Shown here: in pieces, positions 36,959 to 49,182 of the stretch
Numbering within the stretch: position 1 is the first letter of the stretch
How the letters are laid out: each line of letters opens with the position of its first letter
NCBI GenBank assembly: GCA_002269645.1
Contig: NIVC01003842.1
Coordinates: 1-64,000 of the forward strand
DNA from: Macrostomum lignano
Taxonomy: Eukaryota
Direction of reading: 5' to 3'
DNA length: 64,000 nucleotides
Notes under the pieces: generated by a model
What the model was told of the DNA's origin: nothing
What the model saw: only the letters and a program-made list of their open reading frames with translations
Databases searched by the model: none
Program-made: the position numbers and the translations under genes

Positions 36959-37257
36959 CTGAGTATTAAGCAGAGTCTTGCACACATCCAAAGGATTAGT
37001 GCAGGCCGCAGCGCAGGCGCCGGCAATAGCGCCGCTAATCACGTGAGTGCTAGGCGCGTAATGCCGCTCAGAATTCACATAGTCCTGGGCCAATTCGTAA
37101 GCGTTGAAGTGTACAACGTGGAAAGGTATATTCATTACTAGCTGGGTTGTGTAGGCCCGGTAGAGTGCGGCCAGGCCTTCGCTTCGAAGTACGGCGCGAA
37201 AACAGTCGAGAGAGTTGGAGTAGGGCGAGCGATACACTTGAACTCGCTGCTTCACGG
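36959..37257 (-). CDS. SLC25A37: Mitoferrin, exon 2
   Basis: CAG acceptor, then [13 protein letters not shown]...[14 protein letters not shown]...[14 protein letters not shown], then GTGAGT donor. Phases are compatible with exons 1 and 3. Confidence 0.93.
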
Positions 37258-37939
37258 CTGGTTGGGAGATTGAAAATCAGATATTGCATATAGTCTCATG
37301 GAAGCATGCAGTAAAAGAACACTTATAATTGTTTGGGCAATGTATTAGATGCTGGTATTAACAGTAGAAAGACCACGTTATTTTTCCCCATGGAGAAAGA
37401 CCACGGGGGTGTATTACAAATACACACGACCCATTTCACGATAGCTCGCAAACCGAATTACCGAGTTTCGTAAAAGTCCACCAAATGAATCAAAATTTCA
37501 ACCCTTTCCGACGAACTAACTTTCAAAGTCATCCGACGTCAGCATCGTCGAGATATTCAACGATTCTTGTCGAAGACACTGGTGGCAAGGACAACCAACA
37601 CAACACTGTATAAACCCTTATGGTGAATCCATATTGGCTCAATAATCTGGGTCCATCTGTCTTAGAGGCCTTTGTTCTCAGCATCCCAGGCACCAGGGTC
37701 CCCTTCATCACCGTCTGGAGCATCGGCGGCGACCGTCGGGACCTACAACAAAAGCACCCCATCGGCATTTCATCGGCGTTCCCAAAGCTGAAATGGAAGA
37801 ATCCTCTTCTGCATGCAGCATTCAGTCAGTGGACACAATCGGTGAATGAAATGGACGATGGCGACCCTCTAGGCTGACCTGTAGATATACAGGCGACCTT
37901 CGGGACCTTCAACGGAGTGCCACCACGCGGCCCTGACGA

Positions 37940-38184
37940 GCTGGCACCCCCAACATCGTGATTTTTCTATCAAGGCACCAAACCAAATTTTAAATTGGAG
38001 AGCTACAGATTTAATTGGCGACTGAAAAATATAAAATATTTAATTAGTCAAAAATGATATTACAGCATGTCAAAAATGAAATCTGTAACTCTCCATTTTA
38101 ACATGGGGCAAAAGCGTTGTATAATATGCAGACATGCCTGGTTTGGTGCCTTGATAGAAAAATCACGATGTTGAGGGTGCCAGC
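37940..38184. mobile_element. 245-bp MITE-like element with about 46-bp TIRs in mitoferrin intron 1
   Basis: GCTGGCACCCCCAACATCGTGATTTTTCTATCAAGGCACCAAACCA and its reverse complement, with one mismatch. Confidence 0.7.
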
Positions 38185-39268
38185 AACTGAGGATCTGGGA
38201 GGGACAGCCTAATTAGGCAATCAACACATTTATTGGCCATGAACTGACACGGGACACAAATTACTCATTTATTTACCTATTTGCTAGGTTAAGAAAAAAT
38301 TAAAGGCTACGGAATAAGATATGAAAAATCGAGTGATAATTTAAACCGGTAAACCGGGAGTCGTTATCAAACGAATGGGAATAACTTGTCAAATTAAAAT
38401 ATTGTTGACTTTTTGTGACAAATGGTTTACATTAGATAAAGTCCTATTTTTACTACTGACTGATAGTGTTAGTAGCATCAGTAGCATATCAGTGTAAAAC
38501 CTTAGCACTAGGGGTGTGCCGCTTAAAATTAAGATTAGATAGCGCAAAAAACTGACTGAAAAAACATAGCGAGCAACTATTTGTCATTAATAATATAGAA
38601 TTCTATTCAACGCGTAACTAAATGCAGTAAGCCAAAGATAGAGCGAACACACAAACCCCACTATCTGTTTTTTTTGGCACATACATGTACATACATAGTA
38701 CCGGTCTAGAAAGCTTTCTTACAGTTAGAAAACCAAATCTACTAACCTTCGATCCAATACCAGACAGCACTGCACCGCCTGTTTTACTTTTACTAATCAA
38801 AGCCAACGGCAATGAAAATAGCAAAATAAAACCAAGCCCCATTATAGATTATAATTTACTTGCATGCTTAAGCATAACGCAAAAAAAGGCGAGGAAACCC
38901 CACTAAGCCAGAAGCTGTCTTATTAAATCAATAAAGCATAAACGCTACATTCAAGGACGATCAGTGTTAACCCCCCCCCCCAATAAGCAATAAGCTGTTT
39001 TATTACAAGAGGAACAATGGAAATTTATTGCAGTATAGAAAACACACAGAGCAGGTGGACTCATTTCTGGACTGGATAATGTGACAACGAATAAGCATAT
39101 TTGCATTTTCCATTTGGAATAATGTATACAAATAACTACGAGCTGAACTGCGAATAAATAAGAGCGCCGAAAACTGTCTATGATATTTGAACTTATAGAA
39201 AACTGCGCCCGTAGTTCTTTTAACTAGATTATAGATTTGAAGCCGCAACAAAAGCTTCTAAATCAGTA

Positions 39269-39407
39269 GCCCAGTAATTGAGGATCTGGCTGGCCCAGCA
39301 ATTGAGGATCTGGCTGGCCCAGCAATTGAGGATCTGGCTGGCCCAGCAATTGAGGATCTGGCTGGCCCAGCAATTGAGGATCTGGCTGGCCCAGCAATTG
39401 AGGATCT
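39269..39407 (+). repeat. 24-bp minisatellite AATTGAGGATCTGGCTGGCCCAGC
   Basis: About 5.5 copies near the intron-1 donor of mitoferrin. Confidence 0.95.
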
Positions 39408-39471
39408 AAGAGGGTGGCCGAGCAAACTGAGGATCCGGAAGTGTAGCGGCAGTTCCTGTATGGTCACTCAC

Positions 39472-39874
39472 CATCCGCAGGTGTCATGATGGAATCGTGC
39501 AGGACGGTGGCGCCAACAGCGCTCAGCCCGTAGCCAATCTGATCATTGAAGCCACGCCTAGCGCAGGCCAGCTTCATCTGCTCGTAGGAGGCAAAGTAGA
39601 GCGCGTGCGCCGGACCGGCGCCAAATACAACGGCGCCAACGCCGCGCAGAGTCCGGCCGATGCCTTCGGTGACAACGATGGTGCGCAGGCCATCTAGAAG
39701 GCCGCGATATCTGGCGCCTTCGAGCGGGCGCAGGCACTGCAGGCGGGTTTTGACGCAGTCAACCGGATAGACCAGGGTGTGCTCCATAACACCGGCGCAG
39801 GCCCCGGCAATCATGTGCTGAGCGGCCGAGCTCTGCTCGAGTAGAGACTCATATTCGTCTGGCTCTGAGCCCAT
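39472..39874 (-). CDS. SLC25A37: Mitoferrin (mitochondrial iron carrier), exon 1
   Basis: MGSEPDEYESL...HMIAGACAGVMEHTLVYPVDCVKTRLQ...GAGPAHALYF matches mitoferrin and the Px[DE]xx[KR] carrier motif. Phase-1 GTGAGT donor. Symbol denotes the SLC25A37/SLC25A28 family. Confidence 0.93.
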
Positions 39875-40976
39875 TTTGCTGCTGCGAATTGGGATGAATA
39901 GCGGCTAACCCTGAGCTAACCTAATGAGCTGCGGGAATGGCGGTTTTGTTTGTGGCTCGCTGCATTATGAGAGTTGTGGGGTGTTGTCACCAGGGGACAT
40001 GTCAATGCTAAGTCCCATGCCCCATCCATGTGACCCATTATGGAAATCAAGAATTTTGTTTCAGATGGTAGATACTACAATGAGTGCCTAGCCAATCAGT
40101 ATTAACAATACCGATTCCCAAAATATAGGTGTTTAGGTGTTAAACTTTAGGATTCTTGGTTTGCCCCCCCCCCCTATCATAAAATCCATGTGCTACCCAC
40201 TATGAGAAATGAAATATATAGTCAATTATATTGCCATGAATCTGAATTACATCGTTAGTTACATTGTTAATTATCCTTAATTACATTTCCCATCAAACTT
40301 TTCCTTTCAAGATTTGGCTACAGTAAAAATTTTTATTAGTAAATAGCACACCAAGCCTTTCTTGCAAAGATTTTCCCACATTGCTTTCTTTTTATAATGC
40401 ATTTAGCCACATTGCAAATTTTGTCTATATTAATTTTGCCCCTTCCTTACAAATCTTTATTATGGTTTAAATGCTTATTTTTCTTGTGGAAAAGGTTTCA
40501 ATTTCTGTATATATGTAGGAGTATGTTATATATATGCCATGCTATCTTTTATGCCCTAAATCTTTATATTATTATATATTACTAAGTATGGTAGGGGCAA
40601 AATGCAAATTAATGAAAAAATGTTTGCATGGCTAAATGCATTATGTAATAAACAATTAAACAAAAATAAGCTAGAAACTAAGAAAAACATAGTGTAGAAG
40701 CGGTTACTGTTTTCTAGGAAACCTTATTTCTAGAATCACATGAAAACTATGTTTTGTTTTAATTTGCAAAATATTCTTAATATTCTACGTTTGTTATAAC
40801 TATAAACAGTCGAGATGGTATAAATAGGAGCGAAGTTGAAGGTAGGAAAATTAACTCGTTTGTTAGCTATAAGCTCAAAATGTGTTCGATAAATATTCTT
40901 AGATCTTTGCTCATTTTAAAAAGTATTGAAAGTCAGAATTGGGAATTCACGCAAAGAGAGTACTAAGAGTAATCGC

Positions 40977-41408
40977 TGTGACCCTCTAATCTCAGTAACG
41001 CCCAGACTGGAGAAGAAGAGAGAAAGTACATATATCAGTAAGACCGCTCAGGCCATATACTAAGAATGCTACCAGACTAATACATAAGACGCTACCAGAC
41101 TAATACATAAAAACGCTACCCAGAAAATATATGAGATTCTAAGAAACAGTTAGAAATACTAAAGGCAGAATTTAGTATCAGCAGTATAAATTCGATAGCA
41201 GGGAATTTGAAGGCCTGTTACAACTTGGTGGCAATAGTGGGATATTATTCAGAAGGAAGAATCAGACCTACGACAACTTGGTGTCAGCAGAGGGATAATT
41301 TGCAGGGACAGAAGTAAGCCCTGCAACAACTTGGTATCAGCGGTTGGGATTAAAATTGATAAAGTAGGAGGTAAAACTTCTGCGACAACTTGGTTACAGC
41401 GGTAGGAT
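40977..41408 (+). mobile_element. Probable LTR-retrotransposon 5' relic: LTR candidate (TGTGAC...GTTACA, 40977-41222) followed by four PBS-like modules
   Basis: TG...CA ends with imperfect inverted termini and an internal short tandem repeat. ACT+TGGT...GGAT tRNA-Leu-complementary sites start at 41226, 41279, 41332 and 41391. No second LTR or gag/pol seen. Confidence 0.5.
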
Positions 41409-43599
41409 TTGGTATCGTACGGGAACACCCCTAGCACAATAGGGTAAATTAAATAGAAATAGCAAATAGTATATCTAAATATACTAATCTCAATTTTAGA
41501 ATATAGGCTTTTTGGTAGTGTCAAAGCATAGATCTATATAGCATAGTAGAGTATAATATAGTGATGTATTTAAGCTAGGTTTATATGTTCTAATAGGGAT
41601 AATATAAATAAATAAAGATTAATTTTTGATTTTAATGAAATACATAGTAAAACAAAAAGATATTTTATTTGGCTTTTATATAGACCTTAGGATAGGCCCT
41701 AAACATACATGTGCAACTCTCCTGATTTACACTGGCATTGTGACTTACTTTTTGACCAAAAATGCAACTTACCTATGAAAAAACCCCTAAAGCAAAATTA
41801 ATGCAATTTTAGGTAAATGGCAGTAGTAACTATGGCTGTCTTATTAAGGCTATAGTATTATAAAAAATATGGTATCAAAAAGTATTATAGATAGTTTTTA
41901 ATGACATTTATATTAGTTGCCAAATGAGTAAATAAATATTTATTGTTTTTAAAAGCTGCTTCTTAATATAATGTTGCATGTATGCATTTAGGCTATAGAA
42001 AAAATCATAGACAAAAGCCATGATAAAAGCCAGAACCCTTTGTAAACTTAGATTCTGGTTAGGCCTAAAGGCTAGACTTATCATTAAAAATTAAATTACT
42101 CATTGCCATTATATCATATAAACTGTTTAAGGCAAGCTACCTAATTAAGGTAAAACAAAAATTTTTGACAATTTGAGTTTTGACTAATATATTTAAAATA
42201 ATTTTTTAAATCCCTAGATAAGTTCAAAGCTTTAATATTCTTAGACAAAATATATGATAATGTACTAAAGAAAAGAACATGTGCAATTGCTAGCCCATTT
42301 GGCAAATTTTGTTGACAAAAAGTCATAGGACTGACAGTCTCTATCAAATTAAACTTGCATGCCCAGACTCAGACTCACTGACTCAGAACAATTTTAGAGA
42401 TTGTATATATTATATGTTGACATTGATCAGATCCAATATGATATGTCAGAAAAGGCCTATCATGCCTATAAACTATGATGTAACATTCAATCACTTGCAT
42501 AACAAACAAAATTGTATTAGAATTAGAAACAATATTTCCTATAATGCCTAGTTACCAATGCACTCCAAAGTTAAAATTCTATAGTATAAATACAATAATT
42601 CCAAATAAATTTATGGAAAAAAATTGCAAGACATTTAAAGATATGAATTAAGTTTAATCGTTTTTGTCAAGTCTTTACAATCTTTAGTTTTGTATTACAG
42701 TTGATTGATGCTAGCCAAAAATCAGTCTAATAATAGAAAGACATGAGATGAAACTTGAAAAAATCTCTTTCTACGATATCAAAAAGCGTAAATTAAAAAT
42801 TGCAACCCAGTAAATCAAATTTTTTATTGTTACGTTATCTTGCAACCGTTTATATACAAAAAGTGTGTATTAAGGTAGAGAAAAGTTTTACACGGTTAAA
42901 TAAAAGATGAAAGTAAAATGCAAGAAAATAATAGTACTATTCCACGTGTGCACTTTTTTAATATAGTAATTTGAATTTTTTTTCACTGTTTTAGGAATGT
43001 ATACATGTTATTTATCTATCAATGATGGCCATGATATGATAACAAGTTAACAACAAAAATAAGTCAATGTCATATGTTCAGTTTCTCTTAAAAAAGTAGT
43101 TTTAGCATTATATAATTTCATATCTTTAGTAGTTTCATTAAAATATCTAGGCAATTACTATTAGTATGATGTACATACTTGTAGTTTACTGCAGAATGTA
43201 TGCATAGAATGTGTGTAAGCTATTAATTTAGTATTAAGCCAATTTTCGATATTGTCCTGTGTTTTTTATTTTTTAGTCATTGATATTTTTAGTATTTTAT
43301 CAGACTAATACTAATAGCATTAGGCCTAGTAGTTTATAATTAATGTATTAAAAATTAAAGTTGCGCCATAGCTATGGATACCAATATAGCTACAGGAAGT
43401 TACTGATATAGAGGTTTTTTGGCAAAGCATATGGATATAGTTACAGGAACACATACTTGCCATATGTAGTTCCTGTATATAGTGATACCACTCAACTAAG
43501 AATTGAAAGACTATTGGCATTAGAGCTATTGATTTGATAGGGTTCAAGGTTCAAGTTCAAGCTCAAGCATCAACGTAGATTATCAATGCCATGTCGACA

Positions 43600-43915
43600 T
43601 TGTGGTTGGGGGTGGTAGGGGCTAAAGTTAAGATGAATGTTTAAACTTTCAAAGGGAAGCTCTTAAGTCCTTGCATAAATTTGGGGAATTAGCAACAGAG
43701 TTTGGATGCTATATGCACACTTTGGTTGGATGGTGGGAGGCTAATATTAAGATGAATATTTTTACTTTCAATGCAAGGGGAGCTCTTAAGTCCTTGGGAT
43801 TGGGGACAACAAAGTTTTGATACCATGTGTATATTTGGGTTGGGTGGTAGGGCTATAGTTGCAACTTGCAATAAACGTTTTTACTTTCAATGTGAGGTGA
43901 GCTCTTAAGTTGCTA
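43600..43915 (+). repeat. Degenerate about 120-bp tandem trimer
   Basis: GCTCTTAAGT and TACTTTCAA/AACTTTCAA anchors recur at about 120-bp spacing. Confidence 0.55.
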
Positions 43916-45895
43916 GAATCAGGGACTCAAGAAACAAAGACAGAAATGTTTGACATTGCATGTATATTAAGGGATGATGGTCATTTCATCAATTGGCATT
44001 TTGTCAACTCAGTTGACGAAGTGACCAAAGTGTTGAGGTGACTTTATTGATGGTTGACAAGTGACCAATGCCTAGGTCTTTCCCATTTGCTTGTTGACGA
44101 AGTGACTAAAATTTTCATTATATGAATGATATATGTATGTAGCTGATACAGTGGCATATCTTGTATATAGCTTACAATTATTGTTATATCTATGACTTGT
44201 TTTATTAATTGCCTTATTTTTTAAAAATGAACAAATTTTGCAACTTTGCAATACCAGACTGCATGTCCATTAGGTTAAATGTTTTGATGCAAATATTTAA
44301 TGCAAATGTGTCAGCCCATGCGCACTTATACCTATATGCATCCAGGCATTCATGAATCTTGAGTATTTGTATGTTATGCAACTATACATGCGACTACATA
44401 ACATAGGTATTTCTCCTATCAAAATGTGTCAAGGATGCTATAAAGTCACCTATATATGGAGTCCTGAAAATTGGTGGACTGTGTGCACCTTCCTATCCCT
44501 CCACCCCGCTGTGCACTGCACAGTCAACCAAAGCCCCCATAGCAAATCCTGATATCCAGTAATGCTCTTAATTGGAGTATATAATTATGCACAATTCACA
44601 TTTGCTATTTAGGGTTGCTTACTATTGGGGGATGCTTGCTATCTGGGGGATGCTTGCTGTTTAGGGTTGCTTACTATTGGGGGATACTTGCTATCTGGGG
44701 GGGGGGCAATGCTTGCCATCTGGGGAATGCTTTCAACTTAGGGGGAATGCCTATTATCTTTGTGAAGGCTTTATTTTGTTGTGTACTTTTTTACATTTAG
44801 ACAAAAGAGATTCATAGCAAATATCTTTGTCCATGGCATTTTTACTTGAATAAGGTTATCTATAAACTAAAGAAGGAATTAGTTCTCAAGAAAATGTGCT
44901 TTTTTAATGATTTGCATGAATAATTTTTGCTCCTTACTTATTCGGCAACCCGAAGGGGGGCACTAGATTGCTAGTAATATTATAAAATTAGTGCAATAAT
45001 ATAACTTGAATTTTTTACAATGATCATCATTCTTAGATTTTTTATGAAATGTTTTTACAATTAAAAATAGTTATAAAAGTTAATTGACATAAATACAGTT
45101 GTGTTTTTTAATTCAAATTTGCTCAGTTAACAGTTAACAAGAAACAACAATAGAGTCTAGGGAGCTGGAAACAAATCTAAGGAACTGTGACCATGGATGT
45201 GGAGCCATTTTAGTGGGTAATAATGCGCTCATTGCTTAATAGATAGTACTTGACCAGCCACTACATTTCTGTCAGCAAGTCAGCAGCTAGTATAAACAGA
45301 TCTGTGTCAGGTTAAGTTCTATCAACTCCATAGATTGGCATACATCTCCAAGTGTGATGATGCTCATATATGCAGGCAGATGTCCCACCGTCACAAGTTG
45401 TCAATTCTGAAATTTAGTGAGAATTAGCTTTGTGTCTATTGCCCTAGTCTGCCTTGTCTGCATCTCTCCTGTTCTCCCCTAGCATCAGTTTTTGTCATAG
45501 ACAACTTGCCATTGAGAATTTAAATTTAATGAACAAAACTGTTTTTTTGCCCATTATCTTTAATGAGGCTAATGATTTCTTTATTAGCTGATCTTTGATA
45601 TTTTTACTACCTATATTAGCCTTATAAGAAAGTTTTTTCCCAATAGGAATCAAGTGGTTCAAGCCCAATAAATTAACTACATTGGTATGGTTATGGTATT
45701 GACATAGTAATATTTTATATTCTTTATTCCAAGTTTTAACTGATCTATTTATAATTATATAGTCATATTCATATAATATTGACTTTGCAGATATTTTAGA
45801 ACTTAATATATTGATTAGGAATTTATAGCAAAGAAGCTATGTGGTAGCTCTATTAGCTACCCAAAGCTTACCAATTCTACAAGCTTTTTGTTGGC

Positions 45896-45985
45896 ATGGA
45901 TGCAAATGATGAGCAGCTAGCAAGATTGAAAGAGATTATTCGTCATAATGAAGAGGAGCTAAAGCAGAATGAGCAACAATATGAG
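45896..45985 (+). CDS. Giant coiled-coil protein, probable first coding exon
   Basis: MDANDEQLARLKEIIRHNEEELKQNEQQYE followed by a phase-0 GTATGT donor. Confidence 0.7.
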
Positions 45986-46706
45986 GTATGTAGTTTGTGC
46001 TATTGATTTGTATTGATTTGTATTATTGAATTTATTAGTAAATTTTGGATATATTCATTGTCTTGCCTATATATTATATTCTTGACTTCTTACATTTAAC
46101 TTCCATATTGAGTTTATGATACTACTTTATTTGTTGTCTCTCTGTCTACTCTCTATCTAGTTTGGTTTTTTGCTACCTTTATTGTCAAGTATGCATGCTT
46201 ATTTGCTTATTTGTCATCTATTTATGTTTAGCAGTTTATTTACCTATTATTTGATCAGTGTTGTGTTAATTTGCTGTAAATATAAGCTGTCTAGTGTTTT
46301 CAGTTAATTACCTATCACCTGTCCAAGTGTTTCCATTAGCATCTTGTTGTGAGTGAGAGGTTTGCCATAAATCCTAAACACTCAGGCCACGGCTGTACAC
46401 ATCTACCAGTCTTTAAGTTGTTCTTTAAGTTTGAATTTAATAATAACTTCTGGGTCAGTGGGGGGCACATTAGGAAAAAAACTGCCCTCTGGAGAGGCGT
46501 TTTATCACACATTGCTTATCTGTTTAGTGTCTTTTAGCTGACCTGTAATTTGTCACATCATGTTGGTAGCTTCCCGTCGATGAGTTTCCAGTATCTGAAA
46601 TGACTTTCCTGATATGTGTCCTCTGTTTTTATCAACCTTAACCTGCCAACCATGAAATTCAATAATTGAGTCAGTAATTATGTACTCATTTGGCTCTGTA
46701 ACTCAG

Positions 46707-47006
46707 GAACAGATCTCAGCCCTTCACGCTGCCAGCGTTTTCAAAGACGACCGCCTGTCCCAGTTAGACAGTCAAATTCGTCAGCTAGAAGGCCAGGCTC
46801 ACGAACTGCGGGAAAGCGTTGCTGAACAATTGCAAGTTGTTGAATCTCGCGACGCAGCTATTAAATTGCTGCGCGAACAGCAGGCTGCCGCGTTGCAAGC
46901 CAAAGATGAGCAGTTTGCCGAGAAGCTGGCCGCTACACAGCTCTATTTTGAGGAGTGCTTGGCCGAGAAAGAGGACGAGAAGTCGCGTCTAATGGATACT
47001 ATTAAG
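46707..47006 (+). CDS. Giant coiled-coil protein, exon 2
   Basis: CAG/GT-bounded 300-nt exon with heptad-rich EQISALHAAS...RLMDTIK. Confidence 0.8.
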
Positions 47007-47281
47007 GTGCGGAAGTTATTTCGGTTCAAAGCCAGTAGAATTTTATGATCGTTCATAAGTAGTGTATTGAGTTTCATATTTTAAGTCCCAATATATTATT
47101 TTCAAAGCTGTCCTTTTGATTTTGAATCTTCTTTTAGTCTTACTTGAGGTACCAAACGTGACTTTCGATGGAGGTCGGTTTTCGCTGCAGAATGCATTAG
47201 CGAGACAGGAATTTTGTACCTGTCTCCCCTCAGTGTATTCTCTTAGACATGATTTTTCCAGCGCAGCTTTTTCTCTACTGA

Positions 47282-47539
47282 CCCGCTAAAAATTCAGGTG
47301 CTTCTTCGTTTGCTTCTTGTCGGAATCGGCGCCGCTTCCAGAAACCGAAGGAGCAGCACAAAAAAACTTCAGGGAAACTTCAGGTGGGTGGGCTTTGTCT
47401 GCTTCCTGCGCTGATTCCGCAATTAAAGGAACATCAATAGCTGCTTCAGTTGCTTCTTTTACACTGTCGAGATAGGGCTCCTCTCGGCTGGAGTTGCGTC
47501 ACAGAAGCGAACGAAGAAACAGCCGAATTTTTTAGCGGG
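47282..47539. mobile_element. 258-bp non-autonomous DNA transposon (CCC...GGG ends, EnSpm/CACTA-like)
   Basis: Imperfect about 40-bp TIRs starting CCCGCTAAAAATTC, with a 2-bp direct repeat GA on both sides. Confidence 0.55.
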
Positions 47540-47646
47540 GAATTGTCTATGGCCAAACCCCATTCAGCGCTATGCAAAGAGCTAATCTTTGCAAAGCCCG
47601 TTTAGAAAACGCTACTGTATTTGTGAGCGTTGCCGGTCTCCAGTAA

Positions 47647-48642
47647 CACGAGGTGTGGCCAAAAATTAACAGTAGTTTTGCCATGATCTGGTATTGAGCA
47701 AAACATGAATTATAATTTTTAACACGGCACCTCAATCGCTGATGCCAGCTTCCGATGCATTCTTGGAAGCTCTCCGTCGAGATGCCTCGTAAGACTCATC
47801 ATCTCGACTGTCGCATTGTTCTTTATGTCTTCCAGTTCTTCAAATCGTGATTCTTTGAGAGGTTGCTTTACCTTTGGAAAGAGCCAGAAATCGCACGGGG
47901 CCGTATCTGGCAAATAAGGTAGTTTTTGCGACTTATATTTCAGCCAAAAACTGTTACAGTGAAAGTGCTTTGTGCGCCGATGGGTTTTCGTGATGCAGCA
48001 ACCAGGCATTGTTTCTCCTACTGTTCACGTCGAACCCACTGCATCCTCAGCATCAACCTCTCTCGAGAACTGCCCCTATGGCACAAACTCGTGATGGATG
48101 CACGAGGACATGCAAATAAAATTTTTAGTTACTTTTTCAGTCAAAATTCTGGATGAACTGTGAGCGCATTCCAAACGAAACCCATGCTTGCTTTATGCTA
48201 AGTTCGAAAATCAGCCTCCAGTGAAAATTTCACGATTCGCGAGTGCAGCGTTATTCTGCTTCATTTTGCCATGATACTTCATGATGGTTCTTCAGGGGTT
48301 GTAGCTTATCGGTCAGAGCGTCGGGCTCACGACCGTAAGGTCGGGGGTTCGATTCTCGACCCACTCGGAACAATTTGTCCTTGAGCAAGACACTTACTCT
48401 GCATCGCTTCAGTTCACCCAGCTGTAAAATGGGTGCCAGCATTGGCTGGGGTAATTGAGGCTGTGTGTGGCGACCCCCCAGTCCTTGGACTGAATAGCCG
48501 TACGCAGCCTTCAGATACGCCGCGCAATAGCTGCGGCTGAGCTGTCGGTTGCACATCTGGCCATCAGTTTGAGTTCGAATCGAATTTGAGGGACATTTTA
48601 CTCGTCATTTATTTTCCTGACAGAATTTTGGCTGACCTCGTA
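47647..48642 (-). mobile_element. Decayed, internally deleted mariner (Tc1/mariner) element
   Basis: Minus-strand LPYLPDTAPCDFWLFPKVKQPLKESRFEELEDIK corresponds to the mariner YSPDLAPxDF motif. TIRs ACGAGGTGTGGCCAAAA / TTTTGGCTGACCTCG-TA. Confidence 0.8.
48295..48560 (+). mobile_element. tRNA-derived SINE nested in the mariner
   Basis: A box GTAGCTTATCGG and B box GGTTCGATTC, then GTCCTTGAGCAAGACACTT...CACCCAGCTGTAAAATGGGT, resembling conserved SINE central domains. The 3' end is approximate. Confidence 0.75.
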
Positions 48643-48793
48643 CTCGAACTTTTTTATTCGAATTTAGTTGTTTGAAAGAAAGGACGGAGGGTCAATCCCT
48701 ATTAAGCATGGCCGCATAGCTTATCTTAAACGGCCAATATTTTTAGTCATTTATTTTAGTATATTGACATAACCCCTTTATTCATTCATTCAG

Positions 48794-48881
48794 CGAAAGC
48801 AAGAAGAGATCTCTATGAAAGACGACGATATGCTAATTCTGATGAAGAGTCACGAAGAATCCGTTAAAAAGCTGTTCAATG
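48794..48881 (+). CDS. Giant coiled-coil protein, exon 3
   Basis: CAG acceptor, RKQEEISMKDDDMLILMKSHEESVKKLFN, phase-1 GTGAGT donor. Confidence 0.75.
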
Positions 48882-48965
48882 GTGAGTGCCCGTGTTTAAA
48901 AAAGCAGAAATGCAATCAGTTTCTTCTATGTATATAATATGATCACTCAAATATGATATTGTCAG

Positions 48966-49147
48966 AGGCCAGCAAGCAAAATGTTGACACAATATTCGAA
49001 TCGCAACTGCGCGACTGCCAAGAGGCTCTTCGACAGAAAATTGAACGACTTAAAGAGGCGGAAGCTCAGCTGTTGGAGCAGCAGAGTCAACTGGCTGAGA
49101 GAGACTTTGCTGTCAAAGAGCTCAAGAATGAGCTGAACCATTTGAGG
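48966..49147 (+). CDS. Giant coiled-coil protein, exon 4
   Basis: Phase-1 CAG acceptor, EASKQNVD...ELNHLR, GTAAAT donor. Confidence 0.8.
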
Positions 49148-49182
49148 GTAAATATGCTACTCTTACGTCGTAACAGATTATA

